Assembly (NCBI GenBank): GCA_965203905.1
Contig: CBDBDQ010000005.1
Span: 3,488,001-3,552,000 of the forward strand
DNA from: Spirochaetia bacterium
GTDB lineage: Bacteria > Spirochaetota > Spirochaetia > SZUA-6 > Bin103
DNA: 64,000 nt
Direction of reading: 5' to 3'
In this document: one piece after another, positions 18,859-29,189 of the stretch
How positions within the stretch are numbered: position 1 is the stretch's first letter
How the letters are laid out: each line of letters opens with the position of its first letter
Program-made: the position numbers and the translations under genes
Notes under the pieces: generated by a model
What the model saw: the letters and a program-made list of their open reading frames with translations, nothing else
Told to the model about the DNA's origin: nothing
Databases searched by the model: none

Positions 18859-19851
18859 CTACGCGCGATGATGACGGTCGAGGTCCGCAACGGCACCCGC
18901 GCGGCGGCGCGTGGCGCGGTGCGGGGTCTCCGACACCGACTTGGCGGCATCGGGGCCGAGACGACCCACGCCGCCCCTGAGCGTGGTTGCGCCACGCAAC
19001 CGTGGATCGAGCAGGTCGCGCACCGCGTCACCCAACATGTTGAAACTGTACACCACGATGGTCAGGCACAGGCCGGGCCACAGCGCCAACCACGGCGCCT
19101 GCTCCATGTACTTGCGCCCTTCCCGGCTGAGCATGCCTCCCCAATCGGGGATGGTGGCCGGCAGACCGAATCCCAGAAAGCCAAGTGCGGCCAACGCCAT
19201 GATCACGCCGCCTATGCTGGTGCTGAATGAAATGATAATGACCGGTGTGATATTGGGCACGACATGGCGTATGAGCGATCTCCATCGCGACGAGCCCACC
19301 GCCTCGGCCACATCGAAATAGGCGTTCTCCTTGATTCCGATGACAGCGCCCCTGATTACTCTCGCGCCGCCTATGCCTCCCGATATCCCCATGACCAGGA
19401 TGATCTGCAACAGTCCCTTTCCCACGATGGCCATGAGGGTCAACAGCAGCAGTAATCCGGGAAACGCCATCCAGGCATCGACGAATCTCTGCACGCCCAG
19501 GTCCAGTTTGCCACCGACAAATCCCGAAACCCCACCGATCACGGTGCTGATGAATACGCTGATGGTGGTCACCGATACACCGACAAGTACGGACACGCGA
19601 GCTCCGAAGATAAGGCGGCTCAGGAGGTCTCGTCCCGCCTGGTCGGTACCAAGCAGATAACGGGCCGATGGGCCCTGCAGCCGGTCTACCAGGTGCAGTT
19701 CGGTATATGGATAGGGCGACAATGCATCTCCAAAGACCGCCACCAGGATCACCATGAGTATGACAACCCCGCTGGCCGCGCCCAACGGCTTCTCGGTGAC
19801 CAGCCTGATGACGAATCTGGCCGCCGCGCTGCGTCTCCTTGGCTCGTTCAC
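18859..19851 (-). CDS. ABC transporter permease (DppC-like)
   Basis: LGTDQAGRD and FNMLGDAVRDLLDPR. Confidence 0.94.
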   Translation of the reverse strand: MNEPRRRSAAARFVIRLVTEKPLGAASGVVILMVILVAVFGDALSPYPYTELHLVDRLQGPSARYLLGTDQAGRDLLSRLIFGARVSVLVGVSVTTISVFISTVIGGVSGFVGGKLDLGVQRFVDAWMAFPGLLLLLTLMAIVGKGLLQIILVMGISGGIGGARVIRGAVIGIKENAYFDVAEAVGSSRWRSLIRHVVPNITPVIIISFSTSIGGVIMALAALGFLGFGLPATIPDWGGMLSREGRKYMEQAPWLALWPGLCLTIVVYSFNMLGDAVRDLLDPRLRGATTLRGGVGRLGPDAAKSVSETPHRATRRRAGAVADLDRHHRA

Positions 19852-19873
19852 TGCGACGGTAGCACCCGTGGCA

Positions 19874-20839
19874 TCACTGGTAGCGAATCCTGGGGTCCAA
19901 GTAGGGATACAGCATGTCGATGAGTAGAGAGCTGAACAACACCACGCTGGCCAGGAGCAGGTTGATTGCGGAAACGACCGGGTAGTCTCTCTGGTTGAGC
20001 GCAGCCACGAACAGGCGACCTATGCCCGGCAGAACGAATATCTCTTCCAAGATAACCGAGCCCCCGACCAGGAGAGGGAGCTGCAGGCCGATCAGGGTAA
20101 GGACTGGGATGAATGCATTCTTGATCGCGTGTCTGACAATGATCACCCTCTCCCTGAGCCCCTTGGACCAGGCGGTCCGGATATAGTCCTGCCTGAGCAC
20201 CTCCAGCATCATGGTGCGCGTCAGCCGCATGGTGGCGGCCGACATGGCCGTGCCCAGGATGAGGGACGGAATGAAGAACATCCCGAGATTTCCCAGCGGG
20301 TCTTCCGCAAACGGAATCAGCTCTACCGATGGCGACCAGCCCCACCAGATTGCCGGGTAGAGCATGACCATGACGCCGAGCCAGAAGTTGGGCGTTGCCA
20401 AGCCGATGACGGCGACGGTGCGCCCTGCGTAGTCGATCGCCGTATCCTGGCGAATCGCCGAGTAGAGACCGACTGGAATGGCTATGACGAGCCCTATTAC
20501 GATTGCCATGACGCCAAGCTCGACGGTTACCGGCAATCTGCTTATGATCCTCTCCTCTATCGACCAATGGCCAGTCAGTGACTCACCGAACGTGCCGCGC
20601 AGGAGAATATCTCCCATCCAGCGTCCATACTGCACGTGCACAGGCACGTCCAATCCCAGCATGCGCTCCAGCGCTTCACGGTCTACCACGCCACCGGCGG
20701 AAGACCATGCTTCCATCTCCGCCACCATTGCGTCTATTACGTCGCCGGGGAGGAAGCGGACCGCGAGAAAGACTATGACGGTCAAAATCCACAAGGTGGG
20801 GATGGTCAGCAACAAGCGTCTGATGAGATAGGCTCTCAT
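19874..20839 (-). CDS. ABC transporter permease (DppB-like)
   Basis: YLIRR, DYIRTAWSKG and LDPRIRY. Confidence 0.94.
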   Translation of the reverse strand: MRAYLIRRLLLTIPTLWILTVIVFLAVRFLPGDVIDAMVAEMEAWSSAGGVVDREALERMLGLDVPVHVQYGRWMGDILLRGTFGESLTGHWSIEERIISRLPVTVELGVMAIVIGLVIAIPVGLYSAIRQDTAIDYAGRTVAVIGLATPNFWLGVMVMLYPAIWWGWSPSVELIPFAEDPLGNLGMFFIPSLILGTAMSAATMRLTRTMMLEVLRQDYIRTAWSKGLRERVIIVRHAIKNAFIPVLTLIGLQLPLLVGGSVILEEIFVLPGIGRLFVAALNQRDYPVVSAINLLLASVVLFSSLLIDMLYPYLDPRIRYQ

Positions 20840-20882
20840 GGGACAAATGCCCTTGTCATTGCTTAACCTGAGCTACTTAAAT

Positions 20883-20926
20883 GGGCAGCCGGGAAGCGCC
20901 CGCAGGCGAATCGCCTCCCGGCTCCC
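20883..20926 (-). terminator. Stem-loop after SBP gene
   Basis: GGGCAGCCGGGAAGCG ... CGCCTCCCGGCTCCC imperfect inverted repeat. Confidence 0.6.
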
Positions 20927-20936
20927 TTATTCATCA

Positions 20937-22751
20937 CTAGTTTCCCATCTCTTCCTTCATCTCCTGGTCAATCCAGAGGCGCGCCAGGTGGGTCATGCGT
21001 TCGCCCCATCCCATGCCTGCTTCACCGAAATAACCCTGAACCCACGGTTGGTTCACGAAATGATTGGGGATGTTGGATTTCACCAAGCCACAGTGCTCCC
21101 TTACGCAGAGCTCATCGGACTGTCTCTGAATCCTTTTGAACTCCTCGATGTCGGTAGTTTCCGAGGCGGCAAGATAGAGGGCGTCCATGCGCGGATCATT
21201 CATCTTGTTGGCGCTGCGGCCGTCGTTGAGGTTGGTTACCGCTCCAAACGTGTATCCGACCAGGCCGGGACCGCCGAAGTAGCCGTAATACGAAGTAAAT
21301 AAGCCGTACTCAAGCGTGTCTGCCTTCAAGGCAGCTCCCATTTCCGCGGTACCGAACACCTCAAGCTCGCCTTTCACGCCAATGGCGTCGAGGTAGCCGA
21401 TGACCAGTTCCGGATAGGTCTCATCCCACCGGTCGAAATGGCCCAGCTTGATCGTGAATCTATAACCGTCGTCGCCGCGCGGATAGCCGGCAGCATCAAG
21501 CAACGCCTCTGCCTCTTCCGGGTGATACTCATATTCATGCTTGACCTCGTCCGGCCACTCTGCATATGGCCAGCTATACTGTGGCGTGAATTGGCCAACC
21601 AACCCGTACGGTGTTGGATCGCCCATACCCTTGTTGTAGGTAGCGTTGATGGTCTCGCGATCCACTGCCATCTGCAGTGCCTTGCGCACATTGAAGTCTT
21701 GCATGATCGGCAGAGACCAATTAAAATAGAACGTGCCGCTGGGCCGGCTATAAACCGGCCAGAACTCCATTTCAGGGTTGGTCTGCTGGAGGCTCGCTAC
21801 GTCGTCGATAGAGGTTACATAGGCGTCACCGACGTTACTCAGCATATCAATCTTGCCGGTGCGCAGTGCCGCCAGACGGGTTGATGTGTCCGGCATCAGC
21901 AGCGACCGGTACTCGTCAATATAGGGCAGCCGGTTGCCGAATTTCTCGTCGACGCCCCAGTAGTCAGGATTCTTCACCCAGGTTGCCGAGCTGCCCTCCA
22001 CGAAATCAATCAGTCGCAAGGGCCCGGTGCCGACCACGTTCTTCCAGTCCTTGGCGTCTCCGTATTCCTCGATTACTTCGCGAGGTAACACGATAAAGTA
22101 GTTGTTGGTCATTTTGCCCAGCACATCGAGCTGAGGCTTTGCCAGCTTGATCTCAATCGTCCATTGGTCGGTAGCCGTTACCGAGACGATTTCTGCACCC
22201 TGAGTTACCCCACCCTTGCCGGTGCTCGGCCCGTCTTCGGCGAAGTCCCCCAGACCCAAAAAGCGGTGATAGTTCCATTCGACGTCATGAGCATCGAACT
22301 GCCGACCGTTCACCGGCTCCTTGTCGTCCCAGTTGACGCCCTGGCGAATGTTGAAGATGAACGTTGTGTCGTCCGGCATTGACCAGCTTTCGGCCAGAGA
22401 TCCTGTGCTCATCTCCGGGGTCACCACCTGGTACAATTCACCGCGCCAAATATCCCTGGATAGTCCCCAGTCGGCGAACGCGAGCCGCTCATTGACACCC
22501 CCGATGAGGTGTTGCGCCCAGCCAGTATTGAACCAGGGGTCGATACCCGGAGGATAGACCTTGGCGCCCCACGTGAGGGTCCCGCCATACTCCGGCGCGG
22601 TCCACGTCCTGCCGGTGGCGGGGTCGAACACCGTTTCCTTCTCCGTAGCGGCCGCCGGCTCCTCTTCGGCGGCGGCAGCCCAGAGACCGGAGGCAGTCAG
22701 GACCAGGATCGACGCAACCGCGAAGGTCCTGGTAACTTGCAAAACATTCAT
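20937..22751 (-). CDS. ABC substrate-binding protein, family 5
   Basis: PEYGGTL, LAESW, GTGP, KNPDYW and VRKAL..AVDR. Confidence 0.94.
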   Translation of the reverse strand: MNVLQVTRTFAVASILVLTASGLWAAAAEEEPAAATEKETVFDPATGRTWTAPEYGGTLTWGAKVYPPGIDPWFNTGWAQHLIGGVNERLAFADWGLSRDIWRGELYQVVTPEMSTGSLAESWSMPDDTTFIFNIRQGVNWDDKEPVNGRQFDAHDVEWNYHRFLGLGDFAEDGPSTGKGGVTQGAEIVSVTATDQWTIEIKLAKPQLDVLGKMTNNYFIVLPREVIEEYGDAKDWKNVVGTGPLRLIDFVEGSSATWVKNPDYWGVDEKFGNRLPYIDEYRSLLMPDTSTRLAALRTGKIDMLSNVGDAYVTSIDDVASLQQTNPEMEFWPVYSRPSGTFYFNWSLPIMQDFNVRKALQMAVDRETINATYNKGMGDPTPYGLVGQFTPQYSWPYAEWPDEVKHEYEYHPEEAEALLDAAGYPRGDDGYRFTIKLGHFDRWDETYPELVIGYLDAIGVKGELEVFGTAEMGAALKADTLEYGLFTSYYGYFGGPGLVGYTFGAVTNLNDGRSANKMNDPRMDALYLAASETTDIEEFKRIQRQSDELCVREHCGLVKSNIPNHFVNQPWVQGYFGEAGMGWGERMTHLARLWIDQEMKEEMGN

Positions 22752-22862
22752 ACGTTACTCCGCATGTCGATTTGTTGAGGGAATTGCGTAGCGGCTTGCC
22801 GCTCCCTGGCTACCCTCACGCCCGCAACGCGGGCCGCCAGACTGAGTCAAAATTCACCGGCA

Positions 22863-22910
22863 GCGCGCGGCGTGTGACTCACCGGACTCGTCCGGGCTCA
22901 CGCCGCGCGC
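22863..22910. repeat. Long GC-rich hairpin in divergent intergenic region
   Basis: GCGCGCGGCGTG..CCGGA-CTCG-TCCGG..CACGCCGCGCGC. Confidence 0.6.
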
Positions 22911-23367
22911 GGGTGCGGTTCCTTGAATATCACTTGCACCCCCCTTCATGAGCTGTTTGACAGTTGCGGTCGACGGGAAGGGCACGGGCGGTCCGGCGAT
23001 AGACCGAGCCGGCGCCACCGACAGCTGCGACGGCGCTGAAGGCGATGGCGTGCGTGGCGTCACGTACGGCGCGATCAGCCGCAGCGGTTAGTTGTTTCTT
23101 GGTTCGAAAAAGCCCGGGGGAGGGGGGGCAGGGGGGCGCACCGGTTGCGTCACTGCAAACCGGTCATCGTACCGACTGTTGCCGTGGCGTCTCATCGGCG
23201 TCGATCAAGCTCCCTTACGCTACACTTCACCACGCGGGCGACAGTCTGTCAACCGCGCCGATCGCTGTCGCTCGCTGTCGCTGGTCGAAGGATGGATGCG
23301 AGTTGTGACGGGCGTGACGCAAAGCCCGTAAGATAGGACTGTGCGATAGGAGGAGACAAGAAAGAAC

Positions 23368-24294
23368 ATGAAATTCGGTTCACAGCTCAAGGTCTACCGC
23401 GCCCGGTGGGACGAGATGGAGGCGCAGATCCAGGCGCTGGAAGCGGGGCGCTGGAACAGCATCTGGTTTCCCGATCACTTCCTGCCGCCTACCGCCGTCA
23501 CCAGCATTCCCGCCGAGCAGGATGAACGGAACCCGGCCTGGGAAGCGTTCATTCCACTCGCCGTGACCGCGGGGATCACCAAGAAGCTCAAGCTCGGCAC
23601 TCTGGTCGCCGGCAACCCCTACCGCAGCCCGGCCCTGGTGGCGAAGATGGCCGCCGAGATCGACCAGGCCTCGAAGGGCCGTCTGATCCTGGGCCTCGGC
23701 GCCGGCTGGTTCGAACGCGAGCACCAGGCGTACGGTTGGGAATTCGCCTCCATGAAAGAGCGGCAGGACCGGCTGGAGGAGGCCTGCGCCTTGATCCGCA
23801 GGCTGTTTACGGCGGGAGAGCCGGTCGACTTTCATGGCGAGTACTACCGGCTGGAGCGGGCCCCGCTCGCCCCGGGCTGCTATCAACAGCCGCACGTTCC
23901 CATAATGGTCGGCGGCAACGGCGAGCGCCGTACGTTACGCACCGCGGCGCGGTACGCGGACATCTACAACTACAACGGCTGGGCAGGGATGGATGTCGAG
24001 GTGTTCAAGCACAAGCGTAGCGTGCTCGCACGGCACTGCGACGACATCGGCCGGGATCCGGCGGAAATAAAGTTGACGGTTCACTATCCGTTGCGGCTGG
24101 CCGACACGGAAGCGGAACGGAAACGCATCCTGCAGGAACATCCCAACCGGACGGTCGGATCGCGAAACTTCCACATCGACCTGGTCGGGGAGTTCGCGGA
24201 GGCGGGGGTCGTGGAGATGTGCTGCGCCACCCAGGACCGGGTCGAAGATCTGCAGCAGGTGGACGAAGAGATCATCGCCGCGTTCGACTCCTGA
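23368..24294 (+). CDS. LLM class flavin/F420-dependent oxidoreductase
   Basis: WFPDHF, YRSPALVAKMA..D..S.GRLILGLGAGW and VGGNGE. Confidence 0.93.
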   Translation: MKFGSQLKVYRARWDEMEAQIQALEAGRWNSIWFPDHFLPPTAVTSIPAEQDERNPAWEAFIPLAVTAGITKKLKLGTLVAGNPYRSPALVAKMAAEIDQASKGRLILGLGAGWFEREHQAYGWEFASMKERQDRLEEACALIRRLFTAGEPVDFHGEYYRLERAPLAPGCYQQPHVPIMVGGNGERRTLRTAARYADIYNYNGWAGMDVEVFKHKRSVLARHCDDIGRDPAEIKLTVHYPLRLADTEAERKRILQEHPNRTVGSRNFHIDLVGEFAEAGVVEMCCATQDRVEDLQQVDEEIIAAFDS

Positions 24295-24311
24295 ACCTCA
24301 GGAGGAGCCAG

Positions 24312-25259
24312 ATGCTGTATAGAAGACTGGGACGAACGGACTTGGAAGTGTCGGAGTTGAGCTTCGGTGCTGCCCGCGGCGCGACGGCCGACCCGCAGGA
24401 GTTCGTCAACACGTTGAAAGCCGCCGTCGATGCCGGAGTGAACTTCGTCGATACGGCGGCCGGGTACGAAAACGGCGAAAGCGAACGGGTCCTGGCGGAT
24501 GCCCTGAAGGGCCGTGACGATGTGATCGTCGAGACCAAGTACCTCCCGTACGAGAGCTTCGCGCCGCGGGCGGTCTACAATGGATCGGCGCAGAAACTGG
24601 TAGCCTCTGCGGAGGGAAGCCTGCGGCGGTTGCGGCGCGAACATCTCGATGTTCTCCTGGGCCACGGGATGCGCACCATAGAGTCCTTCGACCGTTTCAT
24701 GAGTGACGGCTCTTATGACGCCATGGTGAAGCTGCGCGACCAGGGGAAAGTGCGCTTCATCGGCATCAGCGAGTTGTCGGAAGCGGATGGGACTCACGAG
24801 GTGCTGCAGCATGCGCTGCCGACCGGCGCCTTCGACGTGGTCATGCTGACGCTCAACTTTCTCCTGCAGACGGCCGCCGATACCATCCTGTCTCTTGCTG
24901 AAGAGCACGATGTCGGGACCGTCATCATGATGCCCCTCAACCAGGCCTCGAAGGAGTCGGGGCTGGTGAGCCGGGACGCGGCACTCGAATGCGTGCGGCG
25001 CCACATCGCCCACGGCAACCTTCCTGATGACGAGCCCTATACCGATCCTTGGCTGTTCGACTTTCTGAGACCGTATCCCGTTCCGGAAGCCGCGCTCCGC
25101 TACGTGCTGGCCCACGAGGTCGGCACCTGTTGCGTCGGCATGCGAACTCCGGCGCGAGTCGAGGAAAACCTCAAGGCGCTCGATCCACCCTACCTCGATG
25201 ACGGGAGGCTGTCGAAACTGCGGGAGTTATTCCGCGCCATAGAGTGGCAGGTCCGTTAA
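24312..25259 (+). CDS. Aldo/keto reductase
   Basis: YRRLGRTDLEVS, FVDTAAGY, SLRRL and GKVRFIGIS; GGAGG RBS. Confidence 0.93.
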   Translation: MLYRRLGRTDLEVSELSFGAARGATADPQEFVNTLKAAVDAGVNFVDTAAGYENGESERVLADALKGRDDVIVETKYLPYESFAPRAVYNGSAQKLVASAEGSLRRLRREHLDVLLGHGMRTIESFDRFMSDGSYDAMVKLRDQGKVRFIGISELSEADGTHEVLQHALPTGAFDVVMLTLNFLLQTAADTILSLAEEHDVGTVIMMPLNQASKESGLVSRDAALECVRRHIAHGNLPDDEPYTDPWLFDFLRPYPVPEAALRYVLAHEVGTCCVGMRTPARVEENLKALDPPYLDDGRLSKLRELFRAIEWQVR

Positions 25260-25408
25260 GCCACGTCGGAGTCCGCAAACTGGCTACAACCCGGTGGGTG
25301 CCAGTTCGCAGATGGATTGGGAGAGGCTGACCGGCTGCGACCGGTTGCCCGCCGGCGTCCATCAAGCTTGGGCGGCTGGTTACGGTAAGCGATACCAACG
25401 CCCGTGGA

Positions 25409-25684
25409 TCATGACAGCTCGATGTGGACCACTTTGCCGAGTGCACGGGCCACCTTCTCGAGCGTCGCAAGCGTAATGCTCTCAGCGTGATTCTCGAGTC
25501 TGGAGATCGCGCTCTTGGTGGTGTGAATCTCCCGCGCGAGCTGTTCCTGCGTCATGCCTTTCTCGAGGCGCAGCTCCTTGATCTGCAGGCCGATCCGCAG
25601 ATTGCGCCGCTCCTCTTCCAACCCGCCTCGGAAGTTCGGGTTCTTCTTCTCCCGCTTCTTTATGTATCTCTCGAGATCGCTCAT
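25409..25684 (-). CDS. Xre-HTH antitoxin (HigA-like)
   Basis: GMTQEQLAREIHTTKSAISRLEN; ATGA overlap with the toxin gene. Confidence 0.9.
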   Translation of the reverse strand: MSDLERYIKKREKKNPNFRGGLEEERRNLRIGLQIKELRLEKGMTQEQLAREIHTTKSAISRLENHAESITLATLEKVARALGKVVHIELS

Positions 25685-26031
25685 GGTTTCCTCCGTGCAA
25701 AATAATCCCGGCGATACCGGTCTGCGCGGTCTATTTCGCCCTGTGGGGTCCTTTGCGTCTTCTTCATGAACCCGTGCGTAATCACCACCGTGTTGTTCCG
25801 GCCGAAGAAGCACAGCAGTCGGTAGCTGTTCGACTGCCACCGTATGCGAAACTCGAACAGCTCCGTGCCGACCAGCTTCCTGAAGTACTTTGCCGGGACG
25901 ATTGGCATTGTTTCGACGAGTTCGATCACTGCGATGACCTTCTGCACGACCTTATCCGACAGCATGTCCAAGAACTCCTCCGCCGGGGCGGCTCCGTTCT
26001 TCGTCCTGTAGAACTCAGTCGTTCGTCTCAC
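25681..26031 (-). CDS. RelE/HigB (Gp49-like) toxin
   Basis: FYRT.NG..P.EEFL, LFEFRI..YRLL.FF and THGFMKKTQRTP. Confidence 0.92.
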   Translation of the reverse strand: MRRTTEFYRTKNGAAPAEEFLDMLSDKVVQKVIAVIELVETMPIVPAKYFRKLVGTELFEFRIRWQSNSYRLLCFFGRNNTVVITHGFMKKTQRTPQGEIDRADRYRRDYFARRKP

Positions 26032-26037
26032 TGACCA

Positions 26038-26066
26038 AGGTTAGCAAAAATGTGAATATCAATCAA
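26038..26066 (-). promoter_or_regulatory. Promoter of higBA-like operon (leaderless)
   Basis: TTGATT-17 nt-TAACCT with extended TG, then 6 nt to GTG. Confidence 0.65.
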
Positions 26067-26249
26067 GCGCTGCCAACAGGAGGCGGTTCCAGGCCGTCCG
26101 AGCCAAGTCCGGCCTCCACGTGGGTGAGGTCGATGAGCCTTGAACGTGCCCGTTGTCAGTGCGGCCAGAGCCAGACAGACCGAGTGCTGCCCAGGGACCG
26201 TGTGCGCCCGTGCACGGCCGCGCCGCCAGGCTACGCTACACTGCCCTAC

Positions 26250-26586
26250 GGAGGAGCCCGGTGCTGCAGAAGACTGGGACGAACGGACTTGAAAGTGTCG
26301 GAGCCGAGTTTCCGTGCCTCCCGGGGCGCGACGGCCGACCCGCAGGGTTTCGTCACCACGGCGAAAGCCGTAGTAGATGCCGGGGTGAACTTCGTCGATG
26401 CGGCGGCCGCCGCAGCCGCGCTGCGCTACGTCCTGGCCCACAAGGTCGGCACCTGCTGCGTCGGGATGCGTACTCCGGCAGGAGTCGAGGACAGCCTCAA
26501 GGCACGCGACCCACCCCTACCTCGATGACGCGGGGGTGTCGAGACTGCGCGAACCCTTCGGCACCATCAAGTGGCAGGTTCGTTAA
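26250..26586 (+). pseudogene. Internally deleted, frameshifted copy of the aldo/keto reductase at 24312-25259
   Basis: RBS plus first ~50 codons joined to the last ~58 codons. Hand count gives 18 mismatches in 141 nt of the 5' part. Ends ..KWQVR* like ..EWQVR*. Confidence 0.93.
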
Positions 26587-26659
26587 CCCGCCTACAAGAA
26601 TGAGGTATGCCCGTAAGGCTTCAGCATCGAACGGCAACGGTGTTCCTCCGGTGCGACTA

Positions 26660-28117
26660 CTACTCCAGCATAAATGTGTCGATATCGGACGTGGAGCGGA
26701 GGATCTGGTGGTTCGGCAAGCCCATGGTTTCGGCAAATCGGACACTCGCCGCGAGCCTCAGTTCGGAATTCGTCGCTTCGTCGAACGCGATGCGCGCCAA
26801 GTCCGCCAAGCTCCCAAACCAGGAATCGAGCCGCTCCAGTTCGGTCTGGAGCGCATCGTCAAGCTTGGCGATTGCCTGTGCTTCGTAGGCATCGACCCTC
26901 TCCGCCAGTTCCGGATCGATGTCATCGAACCCTTTCCTGATCGCTGACGCCACCAGCTTTCCCGCGATGCTGCCGATGAAGGCTCCGAGCAGAGGCATGG
27001 GAACGAGGGTCTGGCCGGCCATGGATGCCATACCAACGATCGCCGCATCCGACGCCACCAGGAGCGACAGATTGACGAATTGCGTTCCGTCTATCTTTTC
27101 GGCGCAGTAATGACCAACCAGACTGCCCACCCCCATAAGGGCGCTCACGAGCGCTCCGGCAAACGGAGCTGACAATTCAGTGACATTGGTCAGCAGGTAC
27201 AGTGCACCGCCCGCCACGGCACCACCCCCCGCGCCTTTGACGGTTGTGACGCCGATCTCCTTCCAGTCTTCGACGGAGAAGTCGCCGTGGAACGGGTTCT
27301 TGCCGTCCTTGTACTTGTCCCATACCGCCTGCGCGAAGGACACGCCGCCACCGGCCGCGGCGCCAACGGCAGCGGCGGTTGCCGCACCAGCAAGTGTCGG
27401 CCGGTGCTCCGCGCGCACCTGGTCCTTCAGGTCTTCGTTGGTCTCGGCGAGCCCCCGCTCCCGGTGTTCAATCGTGTCGTGGACACGTCCCTGATGGACC
27501 TCGGCATACGTAGCTTCACCCGACTCGATCAATTCGTCCAGGGATCGCCCACTCTCTGCCACCAACGACTCGATCTGCCTTTGTATTCGTGCCACGCTCC
27601 GATCGGACAAACCTTCTATGGTCCCAGCTTCCTTTAGCTGTCCGAGTTGAGCGAACTGATCTCTTGGGATGTGGTAACGCCCCGTTCCCGTCGCGAAGTC
27701 CTTGTACTGCTCCATGTGCGCGACAATACCGTCGAGGGTATTTCTCAGCCCGTTGTAGTACTTGGACTGAATCGCCACTCCATCCACGTAGTCTACGGCA
27801 TCCAGCCGGCCGACTCCCTCCAGCGTAGCCTCAGGCATACGCTGATGCAAAAGATCAGACGCCCGCCGCACGCCAACATGAACCTGTTCGGCGATCTCAC
27901 CGTGCTTGGTGTCGGTACTGCCGAGGATGTGCTCGGGCGCGCCAACAAAGTCCTTGACCACCTGTAGCGCTTCCTGCGCCTCTCGAAATGCCGTCTCCTG
28001 GTTCGATAGCGCCGCGCTGCGAGCCACTCCCCGGGCTGCAAGATCTTGCGCCGCCCATGAGGATGCCACTTGCGCCGCGACGTGCGGGCCGGTCTGGTCG
28101 GGGTCAGGCGTGCTCAT
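26660..28117 (-). CDS. Uncharacterised protein: putative PD-(D/E/Q)xK nuclease-like domain plus Gly/Ala-rich hydrophobic C-terminus
   Basis: KHGEIAEQ ... VDY..GVAIQSKY, followed by several glycine-rich hydrophobic helices and a coiled tail. Confidence 0.75.
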   Translation of the reverse strand: MSTPDPDQTGPHVAAQVASSWAAQDLAARGVARSAALSNQETAFREAQEALQVVKDFVGAPEHILGSTDTKHGEIAEQVHVGVRRASDLLHQRMPEATLEGVGRLDAVDYVDGVAIQSKYYNGLRNTLDGIVAHMEQYKDFATGTGRYHIPRDQFAQLGQLKEAGTIEGLSDRSVARIQRQIESLVAESGRSLDELIESGEATYAEVHQGRVHDTIEHRERGLAETNEDLKDQVRAEHRPTLAGAATAAAVGAAAGGGVSFAQAVWDKYKDGKNPFHGDFSVEDWKEIGVTTVKGAGGGAVAGGALYLLTNVTELSAPFAGALVSALMGVGSLVGHYCAEKIDGTQFVNLSLLVASDAAIVGMASMAGQTLVPMPLLGAFIGSIAGKLVASAIRKGFDDIDPELAERVDAYEAQAIAKLDDALQTELERLDSWFGSLADLARIAFDEATNSELRLAASVRFAETMGLPNHQILRSTSDIDTFMLE

Positions 28118-29189
28118 TGGTTATCCTCTCCACGATCAGTTTGCCCAGTGAGCGTATGTGATTGACCAGCGCCGCCAGCCGTTCTTTCTGTGGCACGTCG
28201 AACTGCTGGTAGTCGGCCGGGGCATGTTCGATAAGCCAACGTATGTCTGCCAAGCAACCGTCCGCGTGCTCCGCGATCCGGTTAGCCAGACCATCGATCT
28301 TGTGCCTGGTCGCGACGAGCGAGCGGATTCCTGCTTCCACCGCTACCCGTCGTTCCCCGGCTGTCTCGGTAAGCTGCCGGTTGCGAAGATACATGAACAC
28401 GGCAGCTCCCACGACAGCCGTTCCGGCCACACTCCAACCAATCGGTCCGGCAAGGGCCAGCAGCGCGCTGCCCGCCGCCATGCCACCGCCTCCTGCGGCG
28501 AGCGCGCCGCCTCCAAGCCAGGCCAGTGCAGCATTCGCCGCCGCGGCTCCCGACAGCGCAGAGATCGCCGTGCCCGTGGAAGCTGTGCCGAACGTCGTGG
28601 CTATCGCCAATGCCGCCGTAGGCGCCAGCGTCGCCACCCCGACACCGCCGATTGCGCCCGCCGCTCCGGTACCTCCGGCAACCGTCGCGGATTGCGCGGC
28701 ATCTGTCTCCAAGCGCACGACATCGTTCGTGAATCGACCGACCTCAAGCCGATACTCGGCCACCGCCTTGTCGAAGTCCTTGCTGGACGTCGCCATCCGG
28801 TTGACGTATTCCTCGACGCGCGCGATGACCTCGCTTGCGGCACGTTGACGTTGTTCGTACAGCCGCGCACTCGCCTGTATCGTTTGCTGCTGCTCCGCCT
28901 CGTGTCGCGCTACCGACTCCTTGAGTGCCTCTATTGCACCCTTGAGGTTGGACGAACTGGCTTCGGCCTCTCCGCTCCTGCTGCCGAGCTGCTTTCTTGC
29001 AGAGTGGATCTCTTCAGCGCGGTTGCGAATCGTGTCCAACACCCCACTATTCCTGTTGACGCCCTCCGCCAACAGAAAGTGGGTCGCGGATGCGCGATCG
29101 GGGAACAATCCTGCCCTTACTAAGGCGTCGATGCGTTCCAAGTCCTCGGCATCGGGGCGTATCGTCACGGTATCACGGCCTATCAACAT
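28104..29189 (-). CDS. Uncharacterised protein: N-terminal RHH-like domain, coiled coil, glycine-rich membrane hairpin
   Basis: VTIR..DLERIDALV.AG.F.DRASA.; ATTFGTASTGTAISALSGAAA.NAALAWLGGG; GAGGGGAG RBS; 14-nt overlap with the next gene. Confidence 0.75.
   Translation of the reverse strand: MLIGRDTVTIRPDAEDLERIDALVRAGLFPDRASATHFLLAEGVNRNSGVLDTIRNRAEEIHSARKQLGSRSGEAEASSSNLKGAIEALKESVARHEAEQQQTIQASARLYEQRQRAASEVIARVEEYVNRMATSSKDFDKAVAEYRLEVGRFTNDVVRLETDAAQSATVAGGTGAAGAIGGVGVATLAPTAALAIATTFGTASTGTAISALSGAAAANAALAWLGGGALAAGGGGMAAGSALLALAGPIGWSVAGTAVVGAAVFMYLRNRQLTETAGERRVAVEAGIRSLVATRHKIDGLANRIAEHADGCLADIRWLIEHAPADYQQFDVPQKERLAALVNHIRSLGKLIVERITNEHA

Noticed and set aside
24312-26586. AKR gene and relic as a DGR template/variable repeat pair
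   Set aside because: Mismatches are not adenine-specific, many are synonymous, and there is no reverse transcriptase in the window.
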